This document shows, in pieces, positions 29,452-38,609 of a stretch of 64,000 bases of DNA. The notes below the pieces were generated by a model, which worked only from the letters and a program-made list of their open reading frames with translations, made no database searches and had not been told where the DNA came from. The stretch comes from Bacteroidia bacterium (GTDB lineage: Bacteria; Bacteroidota; Bacteroidia; SpSt-205): NCBI GenBank assembly GCA_025054525.1, contig JANWZJ010000002.1, forward strand, positions 393-64,392, written 5' to 3'. A program made the position numbers and the translations under genes. Within the stretch, counting starts at the first letter, position 1. Each line of letters begins with the position of its first letter.

Positions 29452-29840
29452 CCTTCCAGAGCTTTTTGTATAAGCTGCATAAGCTGCTCTTTATCCCAAG
29501 GTTTGGCAACGAAGGCGAGAATATTCGCATCTTTTTGGGCTCGTTCTACTGCCTCGGGGTTAGCTTGCCCAGAGAGCATAATCAGGGCTACCTCAGGAAA
29601 GCGACGATGCACACGCACTAAAAACTCATCTCCTTTGACTCGGGGCATAAGCCAGTCGCAAATAATCAAATCTACATTTTCCCCCTCTGCATATACTTCA
29701 TCAATAAACTCCTCTGCCTCCTCAGCGCTCGTGAAAGATTCATACAGATACTTATTCCCAAAGGTCTGATAGAGCTGCCCCATGAGTGTATTAAGAACGA
29801 CCTTTTCATCATCCACACAGAGGATGCGTTTCTTAGGCAT
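29448..29840 (-). CDS. Stand-alone CheY-like receiver-domain response regulator (paralog 1).
   Basis: Phospho-acceptor Asp in LIICDWLMP, IMLSG, and KPW. It is clearly paralogous to 29056..29451 at both protein and DNA level. Confidence 0.75.
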   Translation of the reverse strand: MPKKRILCVDDEKVVLNTLMGQLYQTFGNKYLYESFTSAEEAEEFIDEVYAEGENVDLIICDWLMPRVKGDEFLVRVHRRFPEVALIMLSGQANPEAVERAQKDANILAFVAKPWDKEQLMQLIQKALEG

Positions 29841-29864
29841 GAAGGCAGGGCAAAAGTACAGGTT

Positions 29865-30929
29865 TTATTGCAACGAGGAGAGCCGCTCGCCGTATTGCCG
29901 CTGGAAGTATTCTTGATAAGCACCGGAGCGTACCCGCTCTAACCAGCTCCCATTTGCCCGGTACCACTGTATAGTTTGGCGCAGCCCTTCTTCAAAGGAC
30001 ATATGCGGTTTCCATCCCAGCTGATGCAGCAAAGGTGAAGGACATATGGCATACCGAAAATCATGCCCAGGTCTGTCTTGAACAAAGGTGATGAGCCGAT
30101 CGGAGTCTTTTTCTCCTGTAATCTCGTCGTATAATGAGCAGAGAAGCTGCACTACTTCTATGTTGGGGCGGCAGTTCTGGGCGCCGATGAGGTAGGTACG
30201 CTGACGCGGTGCCTTTTCCATAAGCAGCACAATAGCCCGCACATGATCTTCCACATATATCCAATCACGCATGTTCTGCCCTTGACCGTAGACGGGGATG
30301 GATTTGCGCTCTATTAGACGAGAGATAGTCAGAGGAATCAGCTTCTCAGGAAACTGGAAAGGGCCGTAGTTATTACCACAATTGCTGATAAGATAAGGAA
30401 TGCCATAGGTATGCCCATACGCCCGCACAAAGTGATCCGCAGCCGCTTTAGAAGCAGAATAAGGACTACGGGGATCATAAGCACTTCCCTCCGTGAAGAA
30501 TCCCTCTTCGCCTAAGCTGCCATATACTTCATCGGTAGAGACTTGGTAGAAGAGGACATCGCTTCTTCCTTGCCAGTACTGCCTAGCGTGTTCCAAAAGG
30601 GTAATAGTGCCTAAGACATTCGTATGAACGAAATCCATCGGTGAAAGAATACTGCGATCTACATGGCTTTCCGCAGCTAAGTTGAGAATAATATCGGGTG
30701 GCGCTTCATGCCACAGCCGTTGAACAGCTGAAGCATTCGCTATATCTATCTTATGAAAGGTATGATTAGCAGCGGGGAGAACATCAGCAAGATTCTCTAA
30801 GTTTCCCGCATAAGTAAGGGCGTCCAGCGTATGGATGCGATAGCTGGGATATTCCCGCACTAAATACCGCACTAAATGGCTTCCTATGAAACCAGCACCC
30901 CCTGTAACCCAGACCGTACGCATGCGCAA
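29865..30929 (-). CDS. rfbB: dTDP-glucose 4,6-dehydratase.
   Basis: Rossmann motif VTGGAGFIGSH, catalytic YxxxK (YSASKAA), and a length of about 350 aa. The start may be the third Met at 30923. Confidence 0.85.
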   Translation of the reverse strand: MRMRTVWVTGGAGFIGSHLVRYLVREYPSYRIHTLDALTYAGNLENLADVLPAANHTFHKIDIANASAVQRLWHEAPPDIILNLAAESHVDRSILSPMDFVHTNVLGTITLLEHARQYWQGRSDVLFYQVSTDEVYGSLGEEGFFTEGSAYDPRSPYSASKAAADHFVRAYGHTYGIPYLISNCGNNYGPFQFPEKLIPLTISRLIERKSIPVYGQGQNMRDWIYVEDHVRAIVLLMEKAPRQRTYLIGAQNCRPNIEVVQLLCSLYDEITGEKDSDRLITFVQDRPGHDFRYAICPSPLLHQLGWKPHMSFEEGLRQTIQWYRANGSWLERVRSGAYQEYFQRQYGERLSSLQ

Positions 30930-30955
30930 AGGTAGTGTATCTATCTTTGTCCTAC

Positions 30956-32023
30956 ATGTGGGAACGGTTAGCTCAAGTCGTGGAACGATTTCACTGGGTG
31001 GAGCAGGCTCTGGGCGAAGCCACTAACGACCCCAAGCGCCTGCAAGAACTCGGAAAAGAGCATAAGTATTTAGAGCCGATTGTTTCTTTATATCAGCGTT
31101 GGCAGCGGCTGCAAGCTGCCTATCATAGCGCCAAGAGAGAGTTAGAAACTGCTCGAGACCCAGAGTGGCGCAGCATGGTAACAGAAGAAATAGCGCGATT
31201 AGAAAAAGAACTTGCCCACACCGAGCAGCAGCTCAAAATAGCACTCCTTCCGCCAGACCCCGATGATGATAAGGATGTGATTTTAGAGATTCGGGCAGGG
31301 ACAGGAGGGGATGAAGCGGCGCTTTTCGCGGGGGACTTAGCCCGAATGTACCAGCGCTACGCAGAAAAAAGAGGCTGGAAGTGGGAAATCTCTGACTTCA
31401 CGGAGGGGAATGTAGGCGGCTACAAGGAACTCATCGTAAATGTGCGAGGCGAAGGCGTATATGGCTGGCTCAAGTATGAAGGAGGGGTACATCGCGTCCA
31501 GCGCATTCCCCAAACCGAAAGTCAAGGGCGCATCCATACTTCAGCCGCTTCTGTCGCTGTGTTACCCGAACCCGAAGAAATAGACATAGAAATCAAGGAA
31601 AGTGATATTCGCAAGGACACTTATTGCTCGTCAGGACATGGAGGGCAGTCTGTAAATACTACTTATTCTGCTGTGCGATTAGTGCATATTCCCACGGGCA
31701 TCATGGTAGCCATTCAAAATGAACGCTCTCAAATCAAAAACTACGAGACTGCACTCAAAATCTTACGGGCTCGGTTATATGAAATGGAGCTGCAAAAGCG
31801 CCGCATGCAGGAGGATGCACTGCGACGCTCTTTTATTTCCACGGGCGACCGCAGTGTCAAGATTCGCACCTATAACTTCCCCCAGAACCGCCTCACCGAC
31901 CACCGGATTGGTCTGACCCTGTATAACTTAGACCAAATTCTTCAGGGGGAGTTGGACCCCGTTTTGGAAGCGCTGCGTCTGGCTGACCAGACACAGCGCT
32001 TAGCTGATATGCATTCTTCTTAG
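30956..32023 (+). CDS. prfA: Peptide chain release factor 1.
   Basis: GGQ motif SGHGGQSVNTT and the RF1-type PxT tripeptide (RIPQTESQGR), which rules out the RF2 SPF motif. The start is set at MWERL…. The track ORF begins at 30935, only 5 nt from the divergent rfbB start. Confidence 0.85.
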   Translation: MWERLAQVVERFHWVEQALGEATNDPKRLQELGKEHKYLEPIVSLYQRWQRLQAAYHSAKRELETARDPEWRSMVTEEIARLEKELAHTEQQLKIALLPPDPDDDKDVILEIRAGTGGDEAALFAGDLARMYQRYAEKRGWKWEISDFTEGNVGGYKELIVNVRGEGVYGWLKYEGGVHRVQRIPQTESQGRIHTSAASVAVLPEPEEIDIEIKESDIRKDTYCSSGHGGQSVNTTYSAVRLVHIPTGIMVAIQNERSQIKNYETALKILRARLYEMELQKRRMQEDALRRSFISTGDRSVKIRTYNFPQNRLTDHRIGLTLYNLDQILQGELDPVLEALRLADQTQRLADMHSS

Positions 32024-32991
32024 GCAGGCTGGGGCTGTTGGGACGCTATGGGTTCGCCCGAAAGATCAGCCACCGCATTGAGGAGTATCATCGTATCATT
32101 CAAATCCAGAAAGAATCGCTCTAAACTTTCGACATCTACCAAAGATTGCCATACATTCGGCTCAAAGAAATACTGTTCTGCCGTGATACCTAAATAGATA
32201 TTATGCCCATGGCTGGCATAATAAATGTGTCTATTAGGATACTTCGTACGAAAATCAGCAAAGGCCCGAATGAGACTTGAGTTAAGATAGCGGCGCACCG
32301 CACTGGCAGTGGAGGCATAAACAACAAACTGGCTGTCAAACTCAGGAGAATCCGATGTGTATGTATGTAGGCGTCCCGTATGATAGAGATCAGCCTCACT
32401 CATGCCAGATGGCAGAATATACATCTCACCCACTCGAGCCTCAGGAACGTGGAGATGAGCAAAAATCCCATCAAAAAGAGGGATTACTTTCTTCGTACCT
32501 TCTTCCTTTACAATTCCTTTCAGATGAGCCTCCGAAAACTCTAAGAAAACCCCATTCTCAAGTCGCATGAAACAATAATCATCTCCCTCATAACTATGGG
32601 CAGGCTTATTGAAGAGATGACTGCGCAGGAGAACGGAGCTCGGGATATACCGATGAGGAATGTAGTGAAGCCGTTCATCCACATACCTTATGATGCCTTC
32701 TACCACCCTCCCCTTGAAGAGGTTATAGAAGTTGCGGTTGCGCAGGGTTTCTCGCACCATCATGAAGCCCAGAAACGAGAATACAAGGGCTACGAGAATC
32801 CCCGCTCCAATCAGATGAACGGCACCGAGAATCTTAACTACACCCCATAAAGCGAGGACCGCCAAAACCGCTATGATACCTCCTACAAGGAAGGCTCTCA
32901 TGATAGTACTCTTGCGCGCAGCCTCAGCAGCAGAGAGTTCTACTGAGAGCTGTTCATTGAAAAACTTACGGAAGTCTTCCAGGGTCTTCAT
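32020..32991 (-). CDS. Hypothetical membrane-anchored protein with two N-terminal TM helices and a soluble domain, possibly DUF3137-like.
   Basis: The hydrophobic hairpin MRAFLVGGIIAVLAVLALW…ILVALVFSFLGFMMV is followed by a roughly 230-aa domain. No catalytic motif was recognised. Confidence 0.35.
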   Translation of the reverse strand: MKTLEDFRKFFNEQLSVELSAAEAARKSTIMRAFLVGGIIAVLAVLALWGVVKILGAVHLIGAGILVALVFSFLGFMMVRETLRNRNFYNLFKGRVVEGIIRYVDERLHYIPHRYIPSSVLLRSHLFNKPAHSYEGDDYCFMRLENGVFLEFSEAHLKGIVKEEGTKKVIPLFDGIFAHLHVPEARVGEMYILPSGMSEADLYHTGRLHTYTSDSPEFDSQFVVYASTASAVRRYLNSSLIRAFADFRTKYPNRHIYYASHGHNIYLGITAEQYFFEPNVWQSLVDVESLERFFLDLNDTMILLNAVADLSGEPIASQQPQPA

Positions 32992-33113
32992 AGGACTGCG
33001 ATATTTGGATTATTATATAGATTTCGTATGAGGGCAAAAATCATGCCTAAGCGAATAGAGCTACTCTCACCCGATGTACCCATACCTGGGCTTCAAAGGT
33101 AAAAACTTTTTTC

Positions 33114-34235
33114 CTACTCTTTATCCACCTGCCACAGCTGGGAGGCTAAAAAAGCAGCCCCTTGCTTGACATACACTAATCCCTTAGTTAGAGCTACTCC
33201 CTCTAAGATAGCCAGGGTATCCACACTTTGTACTCTGACGGTTAGGGGGTAGTATGTACCGTCGGTTCTCTTCAGGAAAAGGTAGTTCTGTCCGCTGTGG
33301 TAAGCTATGGCAGAGCGAGGCACGGCATAGAGCCGCCCCAAGTAGCGCTTAACTACCCCTTCCACAGGAAAAGCAGAAAAAATGGGAATATTCATAGGCG
33401 GTACTCTAACATGAGCCACTAAATAGGCCCCTGTAGTATCTTCTACCTGAGTGATGTACTCTATGTAAGTGATGACCTCTTTCGCTGCGGCGAGCGCTGG
33501 AAAGCGTAAGATAACAGGCATCCCTGGACGCATCCATTCCAATTCTCGCTCGGCTATGAAAAGGTCTGCATGCACATCAGAAGTGTTCAGAATGGAAGCC
33601 AGGGCTTGTTCAGGGCGAACATATTCGCCGAGGGCTACGGATACTTGCGTTATATAGCCGCGCAGAGGTGCTCTGACCGAAAGCAAGCGAAGCTGACCAG
33701 TAGTGTCTGGATGCATACCTAATAAACGAAGCTGTGCCTCTAAAGCCCGAAGCTGGGCATCTTGCTGCTGAAGCTCGCTCCGCAGCTGAATCACCTCCGA
33801 AGGGAAACTCAACTGACGCACTCGCAGACTTTCCTGTATGGTCAAGCGCTGGCTCAAACTCCTCCAACGCTGATACGACTCAGCATAGTTCTTTTGAAGT
33901 TCCAACAAAGATGCGCTGTATAAGCGAAAGAGTTCTTGCCCTTCTTCTACGAACTGCCCTTCTCGGACTAGGATAGCTTCTACGGTACCTTCTATCCTAC
34001 TGTGAACCTTTCCTCGAGAATGGGCAAGGACGACAGTGCGTCCCACGAGCCGAACCTCCTGCCATACTGAGTCTTCTCGCAGGGTATCTATGACGATACC
34101 CGCTCCTTCTTCTTGCACAGGCGTAAGCTGTAATGCGGATTTATCGTAGGTGGTTGGCTGGGGTACGGGGGAAACGGATTGACATCCTATCGCACCCCAT
34201 ACGCTAAAACTGAAAATAAATAAACGGTTGTACAT
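33114..34235 (-). CDS. Efflux-pump periplasmic adaptor (membrane fusion protein, HlyD/RND-MFP family), lipoprotein-type signal.
   Basis: N-terminal signal with Cys (…WGAIGCQS), a coiled-coil hairpin (LRSELQQQDAQLRALEAQLRLLG), then beta-barrel/MP-proximal segments typical of MFPs. Confidence 0.55.
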   Translation of the reverse strand: MYNRLFIFSFSVWGAIGCQSVSPVPQPTTYDKSALQLTPVQEEGAGIVIDTLREDSVWQEVRLVGRTVVLAHSRGKVHSRIEGTVEAILVREGQFVEEGQELFRLYSASLLELQKNYAESYQRWRSLSQRLTIQESLRVRQLSFPSEVIQLRSELQQQDAQLRALEAQLRLLGMHPDTTGQLRLLSVRAPLRGYITQVSVALGEYVRPEQALASILNTSDVHADLFIAERELEWMRPGMPVILRFPALAAAKEVITYIEYITQVEDTTGAYLVAHVRVPPMNIPIFSAFPVEGVVKRYLGRLYAVPRSAIAYHSGQNYLFLKRTDGTYYPLTVRVQSVDTLAILEGVALTKGLVYVKQGAAFLASQLWQVDKE

Positions 34236-35661
34236 AGGATTGACGCATTTCTAAAATAAGTTGTACCACCCCCAGAAAGACTATAAGCTGGAGGAACCAG
34301 GGACTTCGGGCAAAGAGGTATTCTATTTTTTCTACCCAGGCCATCGGCACTGCGTGTAAAAGATAGCCTGCTATTAGCAGCCCTACCAAAAGGGGGCGAG
34401 CTCTCAGGAAAGGGAAGAGATAGGAGAAATCTACATGTAAGCAGGCTCTTTGAAGGACTTCCCATGCGCTGGCAAAAGTAGATGCGCGAAAAAATACCCA
34501 GAGAGCCAGCACGAGGTGGAATGTAATAGCCCAACCTACCAAGCCCCGCCAGAAGTTTGTAGGAAGTCTCCCTTGAAAAAAGAATCTATGTACGGCTAAT
34601 GCCAGTCCATGCACCCCGCCCCATACCACAAACCGCCAGGAAGCCCCATGCCACAAACCTCCTAACAGCATAGTCAGAAAAAGGTTCAGGTAGGTGCGCA
34701 GTTTGCCTTTCCGATTGCCTCCCAGAGGAATATAAAGATAATCTCGCAACCAGCTAGACAGGCTCATGTGCCACCGCCGCCAGAATTCGGTTATCGTGGA
34801 AGCCAAGTAGGGTTTGTTGAAATTCACACCTAAGTCAAAGCCCATCATTCGTCCTATTCCAATCGCTACATCGCTATAACCTGAGAAGTCGTAGAAGATT
34901 TGCAAACCATACCCATAGATAGCGACCAGGTTCTCAAATCCTGAATAGCCTGAAGGGCGGGCGAAAATAAGGTCATTATATTGGGCTACATAGTCAGCGA
35001 AGACCACTTTTTTTATCAGCCCTTGTAGTACGAGCCAGAATCCCCGACCTATGCTATCTTTATCCCAGACCCCTTGTTTGAGCTGGGGCAGAAAGTGCCC
35101 AGCGCGTACGATAGGTCCCGCTACAAGTTGGGGAAAGTAAGCAATATACAGGGCATAATCCTGAAAGCTGCCGCGATCTATATCCCCTCTATACACATCC
35201 ACAGCATAACTAATCATTTGGAAGGTGTAGAAGGAAATACCAGCGGGAAGAAATATATCTAATGCATCCCAGCGTTCCCCTATCAAAAGCGATAGATTCT
35301 GTAGGAAGAAGTTGGCATATTTGAAATAACCTAAGAAGACCAAGGGAAGTATTACAGCCAGTGCTAAGAAGAGACGACGGCGCTGGGGATACTTCTGCAT
35401 GGCTGCCACCAGTAGGTATTCGCCGAGGAGGGTAGCTATGAAAAGCAGAACAAAGCTACCTACTGACTTATAGTAGAAGAAGAGAGAAAAAGCGAGAAGC
35501 CAAAGTAATCCCCAACTTCGGCGCTTCAGGTGGAGCATTCCTCCATAGATACCCAATACTATGATGAACCATACCCAAAAGGACATGGTGGGAAAGAGCA
35601 TGGGGGATTGGGGCTGGTAGAGGAATAGTGCTTGGAGAATGGAAAACCAGTCAAGGTGCAT
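34204..35661 (-). CDS. MBOAT-family membrane-bound O-acyltransferase (AlgI/DltB/PatA-like).
   Basis: Ten or more TM helices and the conserved MBOAT His region LWHGASWRFVVWGGVHG. Confidence 0.75.
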   Translation of the reverse strand: MHLDWFSILQALFLYQPQSPMLFPTMSFWVWFIIVLGIYGGMLHLKRRSWGLLWLLAFSLFFYYKSVGSFVLLFIATLLGEYLLVAAMQKYPQRRRLFLALAVILPLVFLGYFKYANFFLQNLSLLIGERWDALDIFLPAGISFYTFQMISYAVDVYRGDIDRGSFQDYALYIAYFPQLVAGPIVRAGHFLPQLKQGVWDKDSIGRGFWLVLQGLIKKVVFADYVAQYNDLIFARPSGYSGFENLVAIYGYGLQIFYDFSGYSDVAIGIGRMMGFDLGVNFNKPYLASTITEFWRRWHMSLSSWLRDYLYIPLGGNRKGKLRTYLNLFLTMLLGGLWHGASWRFVVWGGVHGLALAVHRFFFQGRLPTNFWRGLVGWAITFHLVLALWVFFRASTFASAWEVLQRACLHVDFSYLFPFLRARPLLVGLLIAGYLLHAVPMAWVEKIEYLFARSPWFLQLIVFLGVVQLILEMRQSYVQPFIYFQF

Positions 35662-36292
35662 GGGGTTTTAGAAGGATTTCCTCGTCAGGGCGAGCTAACT
35701 TGCCAGGTGGTGGAGCGGTGGCTGTCAGCGGTAAGGGGTATAGAGCAGAGTCCCGTAGAAAGAGCGCTACGCTATCTGCCCAGCGATAAGCCGCCGAAGG
35801 CGTAGGATGGGCACCATCTTCTAACCGTTCTAAGACCAGCCGATGCGAGGGATAAAATCGCCCTTCACCTAAGAGATGCAGAAGCATTTTATTGATGCCT
35901 TTATCTTCGGTCCAGTTAGGCGGACCGATCCACACGACAGGCACTTCTCCGGCCTGGCTCAGAATCCGTTCTGCGTAGGGGCGTCGTTTCTCTATGTGGG
36001 GAACTAATAGCTCATTAGAGCCCAATCCTATGAGCACATAGTCAGGGCGCCATTTGCGAATAAATGCGGCAAGTGTATCGGTTTTGCCCCACCAGATGAG
36101 GTTTGAGCTGGGCCAGATGACCACATACAGCTTGAGTCGTGCTGCTTTACACCAGCGGGCTATGCGGAAGCGAAACCATTCTATCATGGAGTCGCCAATC
36201 AGCAGGACTGTACCCCGGGTGGATGAGGAGCTCTGGGTATCCCTTATAAAGTGAGAGGGCAAAACCTGAGGGGGAGGCACATACACTGTCAT
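35651..36292 (-). CDS. SGNH/GDSL-type hydrolase-fold protein, the probable partner of the MBOAT acyltransferase.
   Basis: The block-I motif VLLIGDSM lies near the N-terminus. The gene overlaps the MBOAT gene start (co-directional, 11-nt overlap). Confidence 0.5.
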   Translation of the reverse strand: MTVYVPPPQVLPSHFIRDTQSSSSTRGTVLLIGDSMIEWFRFRIARWCKAARLKLYVVIWPSSNLIWWGKTDTLAAFIRKWRPDYVLIGLGSNELLVPHIEKRRPYAERILSQAGEVPVVWIGPPNWTEDKGINKMLLHLLGEGRFYPSHRLVLERLEDGAHPTPSAAYRWADSVALFLRDSALYPLPLTATAPPPGKLARPDEEILLKPHAP

Positions 36293-36458
36293 CGGCTGAG
36301 GGGGCTCAGCCGTCGGCAGAGTGTCCTTTATGCGTGGAAGTTCTATTCTCTCCCACGCAGAAGGGAGGATTTGGGGGGCTACGATTAGATAGTAAGGGAG
36401 GGCAACTACAACAATCAGCCAGTAGCGCCAGAATACACCCCGAGGATACCCTCCGCCC

Positions 36459-36701
36459 TCAGTTTTCAGATGGAGGCAGCTTCAGCAAAATACGCTGCAA
36501 CCGTAGCAAATCCACATAGGCTAAGTGACGGACACCTTTCCGCTCTAATTCTCTGAGCACGTCCAAGGCATGGGTGATTTCCTGCTCAGAAAGGGCCGCT
36601 TTTCCGCTGACTTTGTAACGATTCAACTCTAAGGTGAGAATACGACGCGCCCGATGCAGCTGGGCCTCCAGTTGGATGGGTTCCACCTTGGTACTTACCA
36701 T
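36459..36701 (-). CDS. Small 80-aa helical hypothetical protein downstream of actF.
   Basis: The ORF starts 27 nt after the actF stop. It is predicted soluble and coiled-coil-like, with no recognised motif. Confidence 0.25.
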   Translation of the reverse strand: MVSTKVEPIQLEAQLHRARRILTLELNRYKVSGKAALSEQEITHALDVLRELERKGVRHLAYVDLLRLQRILLKLPPSEN

Positions 36702-36728
36702 ATTCAGAAGGGCAAATATACAGACTTT

Positions 36729-38000
36729 TTACATTGGTTCATAGCTGTGGTGAACACTCTCCTCTAAATAGGGATGATGCTGGGGTAGCAGAGCGGGCGC
36801 TTTCTCAAGCTGTTTAGCCGCTAACCATAGAAAGCCTCCAATCCCCAGGAGAAAGAAGCCTACCTCCATAAGGCCCAGGCCACCTGCTTTTCCTGCTACG
36901 GAGGGCATAACCACCATAAACGTGTCCAGCCAGTGCGTAAAGAGCAAAACTCCTGATACAATCCCCAGCCATGTGAAGTTTCGCTTGATGCTGGCGCTCA
37001 TAAGCCCAAGCAGCGGGAAGATGAAATTCATGACCAACGTGATAAAGAAGATAGGAACATACTGAGGATTCACATGCGCACGGATACGCTGATAAAACCA
37101 GAAAGTCTCCTCGGGGATGTTTGAGTACCAAATGAGCATAAACTGCCCATAAAAGATATACGTCCAAAAGATACTAAATGCAAAGACGAATTTACCCAAG
37201 TCGTGGATATGGCTCTCGCTAACCCCACTGAGATAACCATTTTTCTTCAGGATAATCGCAGTGAATGTAATGAGACAGAGCGTGGTTATCCAAAGATTAG
37301 CGAAATTATAGACGGCGAACATCGTACTAAACCAGTGGGGTGAGGCACTCATGAGCCAATCCCAGCTTGCTACAGACCAGCTTAGCGCAAAGAACACGAT
37401 AAATCCGCCGGCAAGCCGGCGCAGATTGTGGAAGTTGCGCACATCCCCGGTGGCATCTAATGTTTCCCAGTTGCGCACGAATCCCCGCCAGAAAAGAAGC
37501 CACCCCCCTAAAATAATCACCATACGAACGATGAAGAAGGGAAGGTTGAGGTAGCCACTTTTGTGCTGAAGGACCTCGTCTTTAGAGACCACATCGCTGT
37601 GCGTCCATTCATATAAAACCCCTGAGAATGCTATAGCCACCACCGCCAAAAGACCCGCAGTAATAGGTAAGAGCCGAGCGAAAGTCTGTGGTATTCTTTG
37701 TAGCATCACGTACCAGCTTGCATTAGCGGCATATCCTACCGCCAGGAAGAACAGAGAAAGAATAGGGATGCCTAAGAGATACATAGAAGAGATGAGAAGG
37801 TTTGCCGAGAGGCGGCTGAGCCAAGGGGCTGCATGATGACCTTCTGCATGTTCGTGAGTACCCATCATCTGGCTGATAAGCCCAGCTATGACTAGAAGTC
37901 CTCCCACCCCCACCATCAAGGTTACCCACCTACGCAAATGAGGGGGGAAAGTAAAGCGTTCTTTCCAGTTTACTGTATGAGAGGTATGCCCGTGTGCCAT
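36729..38000 (-). CDS. actF: Alternative complex III subunit ActF (NrfD/PsrC-like membrane subunit).
   Basis: Polytopic membrane protein paralogous to ActC, in the terminal position of the act cluster. Confidence 0.7.
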   Translation of the reverse strand: MAHGHTSHTVNWKERFTFPPHLRRWVTLMVGVGGLLVIAGLISQMMGTHEHAEGHHAAPWLSRLSANLLISSMYLLGIPILSLFFLAVGYAANASWYVMLQRIPQTFARLLPITAGLLAVVAIAFSGVLYEWTHSDVVSKDEVLQHKSGYLNLPFFIVRMVIILGGWLLFWRGFVRNWETLDATGDVRNFHNLRRLAGGFIVFFALSWSVASWDWLMSASPHWFSTMFAVYNFANLWITTLCLITFTAIILKKNGYLSGVSESHIHDLGKFVFAFSIFWTYIFYGQFMLIWYSNIPEETFWFYQRIRAHVNPQYVPIFFITLVMNFIFPLLGLMSASIKRNFTWLGIVSGVLLFTHWLDTFMVVMPSVAGKAGGLGLMEVGFFLLGIGGFLWLAAKQLEKAPALLPQHHPYLEESVHHSYEPM

Positions 38001-38003
38001 AGG

Positions 38004-38609
38004 TTATTGAGATTGTTTAGTGGAGTTGGCTTCTTCCTGAAGGCCTTGAGCTCGTAGCTGCTGCACATATAGAATAACCTTCCAACGCTCTTCAGGGGTA
38101 AGCTGAGAAGCATGAGAACCCATGAGGTTTTTACCATAGGTGATACTATGAAACATCTTCCCTTCGGGTAAATCTTTGAGCTGAGGCCCATAGTAAGAAG
38201 GTACTTGGGGATATTTCCCTTTCTCTACGATAGTTCCCCTACCGTTTCCTTTTTCGCCGTGGCAGTGAATACAATAATACTCATAGAGTTTCTTCCCTTC
38301 ACTTATGTTCTCAGGCGTGGGAGGGAGGGGGTTTTTGAGCTTTTTGCCTGCTTCCTCATATCCTTCATTCGTATTGGGGAATGGATAGACGAAATCTGCC
38401 TTACCCTTAGGTACGGTACCTGCCACGGGCTCTCTAACATGTTTGCCATCTGAGGAGTAGGTATAGTAGTCGGTCTGAGAATAAGGGTCCAAAGGAATAG
38501 AGTGATACATCTGAGGAGCGTATTCTATGCCTGTATCTCTGGGGTCAGAGGCAGCACAGCCCCAAAGGATGAATGCAGTAAGCGCTAATAACCAGGAGTA
38601 CCCTATCAT
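38004..38609 (-). CDS. actE: Alternative complex III subunit ActE (monohaem cytochrome c, lipoprotein-like).
   Basis: Single CIHCHG haem-binding motif, an N-terminal signal with Cys, and correct operon position. Confidence 0.7.
   Translation of the reverse strand: MIGYSWLLALTAFILWGCAASDPRDTGIEYAPQMYHSIPLDPYSQTDYYTYSSDGKHVREPVAGTVPKGKADFVYPFPNTNEGYEEAGKKLKNPLPPTPENISEGKKLYEYYCIHCHGEKGNGRGTIVEKGKYPQVPSYYGPQLKDLPEGKMFHSITYGKNLMGSHASQLTPEERWKVILYVQQLRAQGLQEEANSTKQSQ

Noticed and set aside
33088-33095. Additional TAnnTTTG (-7-like) octamers scattered in the window, for example at 33088..33095 on the minus strand.
   Set aside because: The motif is short enough to occur by chance many times across 64 kb on two strands. 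Only occurrences positioned 10-30 nt upstream of a credible start (actA, and possibly the OlsF-like gene and the 546-aa gene) were retained, and even those with low confidence.
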